Translations under genes and position numbers: made by a program
Shown: positions 15,920 to 19,487 of the stretch, one piece after another
Layout: every line of letters begins with the position of its first letter
Numbering within the stretch: position 1 is the stretch's first letter
Notes under the pieces: generated by a model
The model's database searches: none
Told to the model about the DNA's origin: nothing
Seen by the model: only the letters and a program-made list of their open reading frames with translations
NCBI GenBank assembly: GCA_046262595.1
Contig: JBHEMM010000040.1
Coordinates: 1 to 19,487, forward strand
Length of the DNA: 19,487 bases
Reading direction: 5' to 3'
DNA from: Vulcanimicrobiaceae bacterium
GTDB taxonomy: Bacteria > Vulcanimicrobiota > Vulcanimicrobiia > Vulcanimicrobiales > Vulcanimicrobiaceae

Positions 15920-16195
15920 TCAGCGGCGCAGCCGGCGCTGCTTGGGGGGGCGGTCTGAAGCGCGGATGACCGTGAGCGGTTTGCCTTCGATGAGAAATTC
16001 GTTGAAGCTTGCGATCGCCGTTTGCGCCGCTGTATCGTCCGAAACGTTGACGTACGCATAGCCCTTTTTGCGGCGGCTGCGGCGGTCGCGCGGAAACGTG
16101 ATGTCTTCGTCTTTCGCGCCGTATTGGCGGAAGATCTGCAGCAGATCGTCTTTGGTTGCTTCGCGCGGATAACCGGCGACGAATAAGCGGATCAT
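15920..16195 (-). CDS. RRM (RNP-1) RNA-binding protein
   Basis: RNP2-like LFVAGY, RNP1 KGYAYVNV, A..AI...N...I.G..L.V..A and a basic tail. ATGA overlap with the tgt stop. Confidence 0.9.
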   Translation of the reverse strand: MIRLFVAGYPREATKDDLLQIFRQYGAKDEDITFPRDRRSRRKKGYAYVNVSDDTAAQTAIASFNEFLIEGKPLTVIRASDRPPKQRRLRR

Positions 16196-17298
16196 TTCAG
16201 CACGTCTCCGAGCACGCTATCGCGAAAACGCGTCCAACTCCCTTCCTCGATTGCCGCCCGCGCCTCGCGCATCAGATCGTTGAGCAGGTAGACGTTATGG
16301 TAGGACAGCAAACGCGGGCCCAGCATCTCGCCCGAGCGGAACAGATGCGCGAGATACGCCCGCGTGAACGTCGTGCAAACGAAGCAGCCGCAGGCGCCGT
16401 CCAGCGGTGAAAAGTCGCGCACGAACGCTGCGTTGCGTATCGCGAATTCTCCCGTCCGGGTCATCGCGCGGCCGTTACGCCCGCAGCGCGTCGGATAGAC
16501 GCAATCGAACATGTCGATGCCGCAGTCCACAGCCGTGAGGATATCGCGCACCGTGCCCACGCCCATCAAATAGCGTGGCTTTTCCGCGGGCAGCAGCGCG
16601 GCCGACGAACGCGCCACGCGGTACATTTCCTCGCGCGTTTCGCCGACCGACAACCCGCCGATCGCATAGCCGGGCACATCCAACTCCCCGATCGCTTGCG
16701 CGCTCTGCGCGCGCAATTCTTCGTCCAAGCCGCCTTGCATGATAGCGAACAGTGCGGTTTCGGGGCGGCTGCGCGCTTGCGCGCTGCGCGCGGCCCACCG
16801 CGCGGAGAGGTGAACCGAACGCGCAATCTGCTCGCGCGTTGCGGGCAGCTTCACGCAGACGTCGAGCTGCATAGCGATGTCAACGCCGATGCCTTCTTGG
16901 AATGCGAGCACGTTCTCGGGCGTGAAGCGGTGCCGCGTGCCGTCGAGATGCGAGGCGAACGTTACGCCGTCTTCGTCGAGCGTGCGCCGCGACTCCAAGC
17001 TGAACACTTGAAAGCCGCCGCTATCCGTAAGGATCGGCCCATCCCAGGCCATGAACGCGTGCAGGCCCCCTGCATCGCGCAGCAGATCAAGACCCGGGCG
17101 CAGCCACAGATGATACGTGTTTGCCAGCAAGATCTGCGAATGTGCCGAGCGCACTTCGTCGGGCGTGAGGCCCTTAACCGTTGCTCCGGTTCCGACCGGC
17201 ATGAACGAGGGCGTCTGCACTGCGCCGTGCGTTGTTTGCAATGTGCCGCGGCGCGCGCCGCCGTCGGTTTTATGAAGGGTGAAGAAGCTGCTTGGCAC
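16192..17298 (-). CDS. tgt: tRNA guanosine(34) transglycosylase (queuine/preQ1 tRNA-ribosyltransferase)
   Basis: TP.FMPVGT..TVKG, LANTYHL..RPG, TDSGGFQVFSL, LDVC, QGG, GGLSVGE, PRYLMGVG, DMFDCV.PTR, Zn site CGCFVC...H. GTG start at 17298. Confidence 0.98.
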   Translation of the reverse strand: MPSSFFTLHKTDGGARRGTLQTTHGAVQTPSFMPVGTGATVKGLTPDEVRSAHSQILLANTYHLWLRPGLDLLRDAGGLHAFMAWDGPILTDSGGFQVFSLESRRTLDEDGVTFASHLDGTRHRFTPENVLAFQEGIGVDIAMQLDVCVKLPATREQIARSVHLSARWAARSAQARSRPETALFAIMQGGLDEELRAQSAQAIGELDVPGYAIGGLSVGETREEMYRVARSSAALLPAEKPRYLMGVGTVRDILTAVDCGIDMFDCVYPTRCGRNGRAMTRTGEFAIRNAAFVRDFSPLDGACGCFVCTTFTRAYLAHLFRSGEMLGPRLLSYHNVYLLNDLMREARAAIEEGSWTRFRDSVLGDVLK

Positions 17299-18172
17299 TG
17301 ACGTATTCCGGGGGCGGATCGGCTTGGAACTCCATCTCGCGCGCGGTTCGCGGATGCCGGAACGCCAAACGCCATGCGTGCAGCGCTTGCCCGGGCAACT
17401 CGAAACGCCGGTCCGTTTTTCCGTAGACCGGGTCGTTGAGCACGGGGTTTCCCATCGCTGCCATATGCACGCGGATTTGATGCGTGCGTCCCGTTTCAAG
17501 CGTGAAGATCAACTCCGCTGCCTCGTTGAGGCGTTCGCGCAGCTCGTAATGCGTGACTGCGGGCTTTCCCTGTGCGGTGATCGTGTAGCGCAAACGGTTG
17601 TGCGGGTCGCGTCCGATTGCGCCGTCGATCGTGCCCTTTGGATGCGCGGGCGTGCCGGCCACCAGGCCTAAATATTCGCGCGAGATGTGCCGGCCTTTCA
17701 TCGCCTTGCCGAGCGCACTGAGGGCAGCTTCGGTCTTCGCGACGACCAGAAGCCCCGAGGTGTCGCGGTCGAGCCGGTGAACCAGGCCGGGCCGCAGCAC
17801 ATCTCCGGGCAGCGTGCGCACGTATCCCAGCAGCGCGTTGACAAGCGTGCCGCTCGTCGTGCCGTGGGCGGGATGGGTAACCATTCCTGCCGGCTTATCG
17901 ACGACGATGACGTCGTCGTCTTCGTAGACGATGGAAAGATCGATCGACTCTGCTTCGACCGCGAGGGCCGCACGTTCTTGCAATGCGTATTCGATGACGT
18001 CGCCTTCAGCGACGACGTGGCTGCCTTTCACCGTAACGCCGTTCACGCGGACATGCCCTTTGCGCACCGCGTCCGCGACCAGCGAGCGCGAGAATCCGGC
18101 GGCTTTCGCGATGAGGATGTCGGCGCGCTTGCCGGCGTCCTCAGGCGCGACGTCGTGACGCAAGGCTGGCAA
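17270..18172 (-). CDS. rluD: RluA/RluD family pseudouridine synthase with N-terminal S4 domain
   Basis: S4 domain R.D...A....SR, IVYEDDDVIVVDKPAGMVTHP, GTLVNALL, RPGLVHRLDRDTSGL (catalytic Asp), LETGRTHQIRVH, QALHA..L.F.HP. Confidence 0.95.
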   Translation of the reverse strand: MPALRHDVAPEDAGKRADILIAKAAGFSRSLVADAVRKGHVRVNGVTVKGSHVVAEGDVIEYALQERAALAVEAESIDLSIVYEDDDVIVVDKPAGMVTHPAHGTTSGTLVNALLGYVRTLPGDVLRPGLVHRLDRDTSGLLVVAKTEAALSALGKAMKGRHISREYLGLVAGTPAHPKGTIDGAIGRDPHNRLRYTITAQGKPAVTHYELRERLNEAAELIFTLETGRTHQIRVHMAAMGNPVLNDPVYGKTDRRFELPGQALHAWRLAFRHPRTAREMEFQADPPPEYVSAKQLLHPS

Positions 18173-18692
18173 CGATCAGCAGAATGACCCCGCACGTGAT
18201 GCACGCGTCGGCAACGTTAAACGTGTAAAACCACAGGTGCGGGAAGCGGTTGAAATCGATGAAGTCGATGACGTAGTGGAAGCGGACGCGATCGACGATA
18301 TTGCCGACCGCCCCGCCTAGAATCATTCCGAACGCAATGCGCACCAGCAGCGAGTGGCGCGCTTGATCCCGGAACGAATACCAAAACAGCAGCAGCACGG
18401 CCAGCGCCATCAAAACGAGCAGCACCGGATTGCCGCCGAACATGCCGAACGCGCCGTGAAAGTTCGCAACCGGCGTAACGCTCAGCCAGCCCGGCACGAT
18501 GGCTTTCGTGTTCGCGCAAAACGGCTCGCACGCCGTCACGAGGGTGACGTGTTTGAGGATCAGCCATTTGCTCCACTGATCGAGTGCGATGACCAGCGCT
18601 GCGATACCGCAGAGCTGAAACGTCTCAAAGCTTTGGCTGCGGGACGAACTGATAGAACCAGCCGGCGATTCGGAGGAACGAGTTGGTAACAA
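18141..18692 (-). CDS. lspA: Lipoprotein signal peptidase II
   Basis: DQWSK, N.HGAFG, GGAVGNIVDR, VIDFID, FNVADACI..G. The start codon is uncertain (see findings); homology begins near 18620. Confidence 0.93.
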   Translation of the reverse strand: MLPTRSSESPAGSISSSRSQSFETFQLCGIAALVIALDQWSKWLILKHVTLVTACEPFCANTKAIVPGWLSVTPVANFHGAFGMFGGNPVLLVLMALAVLLLFWYSFRDQARHSLLVRIAFGMILGGAVGNIVDRVRFHYVIDFIDFNRFPHLWFYTFNVADACITCGVILLIVASLASRRRA

Positions 18693-19356
18693 GAACGACT
18701 CCCGTGAGGACCATGAATCCGCCGGCGGCCATCTCGATCGCAGGCAAAAAGCGTTTGACGCGGCTTAGGACGGGCAGCAGCACGCCGACCGCGGCGGCGG
18801 TTGCCATAAACGGCACCGCCAACCCCATGGAATAGACGAAGAGCAGCCACGCCCCCTGCCAAACGCCATGCTCTTGCGCGGCCAGGGTTAGAATTCCGGC
18901 CAAAATCGGGCCGATGCACGGCGACCAGCCCGCCGCGAAAGCCAGGCCGACGAGCACCGACGACCACAGCGACCGCCGCCCGGTCTGCACGTGAAAGCGC
19001 TTGTCCATCGCCAAAAATTTCAGGCGAAGCACGCCGAGCATCTGCAGGCCGAGCACGATGACGACGACACCGCCGACGCGCGCGATGAGCACTTGGTTCT
19101 CGCGCAGGGCGGAGCCGACGACGCTGGCGGATGCGCCCAAAAGCACGAAAATCAGTGTGAAACCGGCGATGAATGCTGCGGCGTGGACCATAGCTCTTAG
19201 CCGTGCGTCCAGCGTCAGATCGCCGCGCAGCTCCTCCACCGTCGAGCCGGTCAGGAACGACAGATATGCGGGGACGAGCGGGAGGACGCACGGTGAAACA
19301 AAGGAAACGAGCCCCGCGAGAAAGGCGAGCCCGGCGTTTAGCTGCGCGGGTTCCAT
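18625..19356 (-). CDS. ccdA: Cytochrome c biogenesis / thiol-disulfide transporter CcdA
   Basis: [22 protein letters not shown] and [13 protein letters not shown] (two redox Cys), YS.GL..PF, about six TM helices. Confidence 0.95.
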   Translation of the reverse strand: MEPAQLNAGLAFLAGLVSFVSPCVLPLVPAYLSFLTGSTVEELRGDLTLDARLRAMVHAAAFIAGFTLIFVLLGASASVVGSALRENQVLIARVGGVVVIVLGLQMLGVLRLKFLAMDKRFHVQTGRRSLWSSVLVGLAFAAGWSPCIGPILAGILTLAAQEHGVWQGAWLLFVYSMGLAVPFMATAAAVGVLLPVLSRVKRFLPAIEMAAGGFMVLTGVVLVTNSFLRIAGWFYQFVPQPKL

Positions 19357-19373
19357 GGCTGCCGTTTCATCTT

Positions 19374-19487
19374 ATGCATCATTGGTTTACGTATCCTAAT
19401 ATCGATCCCATTGCGATTCACCTTGGGCCGGTGAACATCCATTGGTACGGCATTTCGTACCTGGTCGGATTCATCGCGGTGTACTTG
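19374..19487 (+). CDS. lgt: Prolipoprotein diacylglyceryl transferase, N-terminal part; runs off the window
   Basis: Not in the ORF track. Manual translation [38 protein letters not shown] matches the Lgt N-terminal P.IDP.A..LGP..I.WYG..Y motif. Confidence 0.93.
   Translation, partial: MHHWFTYPNIDPIAIHLGPVNIHWYGISYLVGFIAVYL

Noticed and set aside
1..19487. CRISPR array, IS element or rRNA
   Set aside because: No regularly spaced repeats, transposase-like ORFs or rRNA-like sequence seen on reading the window.

Overview
A GC-rich, densely coding bacterial chromosome segment. Gene content (DUF5693-csaB-ileS, DUF4760-like protein, lgt/ccdA/lspA/rluD/tgt) suggests Candidatus Eremiobacterota or a related Terrabacteria lineage; this is inference only. 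Left part (1-4357, minus strand): a tightly coupled accessory operon encoding a STAS protein, a divergent fold-III PLP decarboxylase, a membrane GT2/GT21-like glycosyltransferase, a YqcI/YcgG (DcsA/GntA-like) heme guanidino N-hydroxylase and a DUF1989 protein, followed by an APC amino-acid permease. A short antisense fragment of a CPA1 Na+/H+ antiporter gene sits between the last two. Middle (4453-9783): S41 protease, ICMT-family methyltransferase, a patch of small accessory genes with a frameshifted relic of a methylcrotonyl-CoA carboxylase beta 3' end, tRNA-Val(TAC) and an enoyl-CoA hydratase. At about 9812-9977 lies a highly structured, unassigned RNA with an extended -10 promoter, a pseudoknot and an intrinsic terminator, directly upstream of DUF5693-csaB-ileS. 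Right part: minus-strand ccdA-lspA-rluD-tgt-RRM operon converging on ileS, and the start of a divergent lgt. The best leads are the guanidino-compound modification operon and the structured leader RNA.
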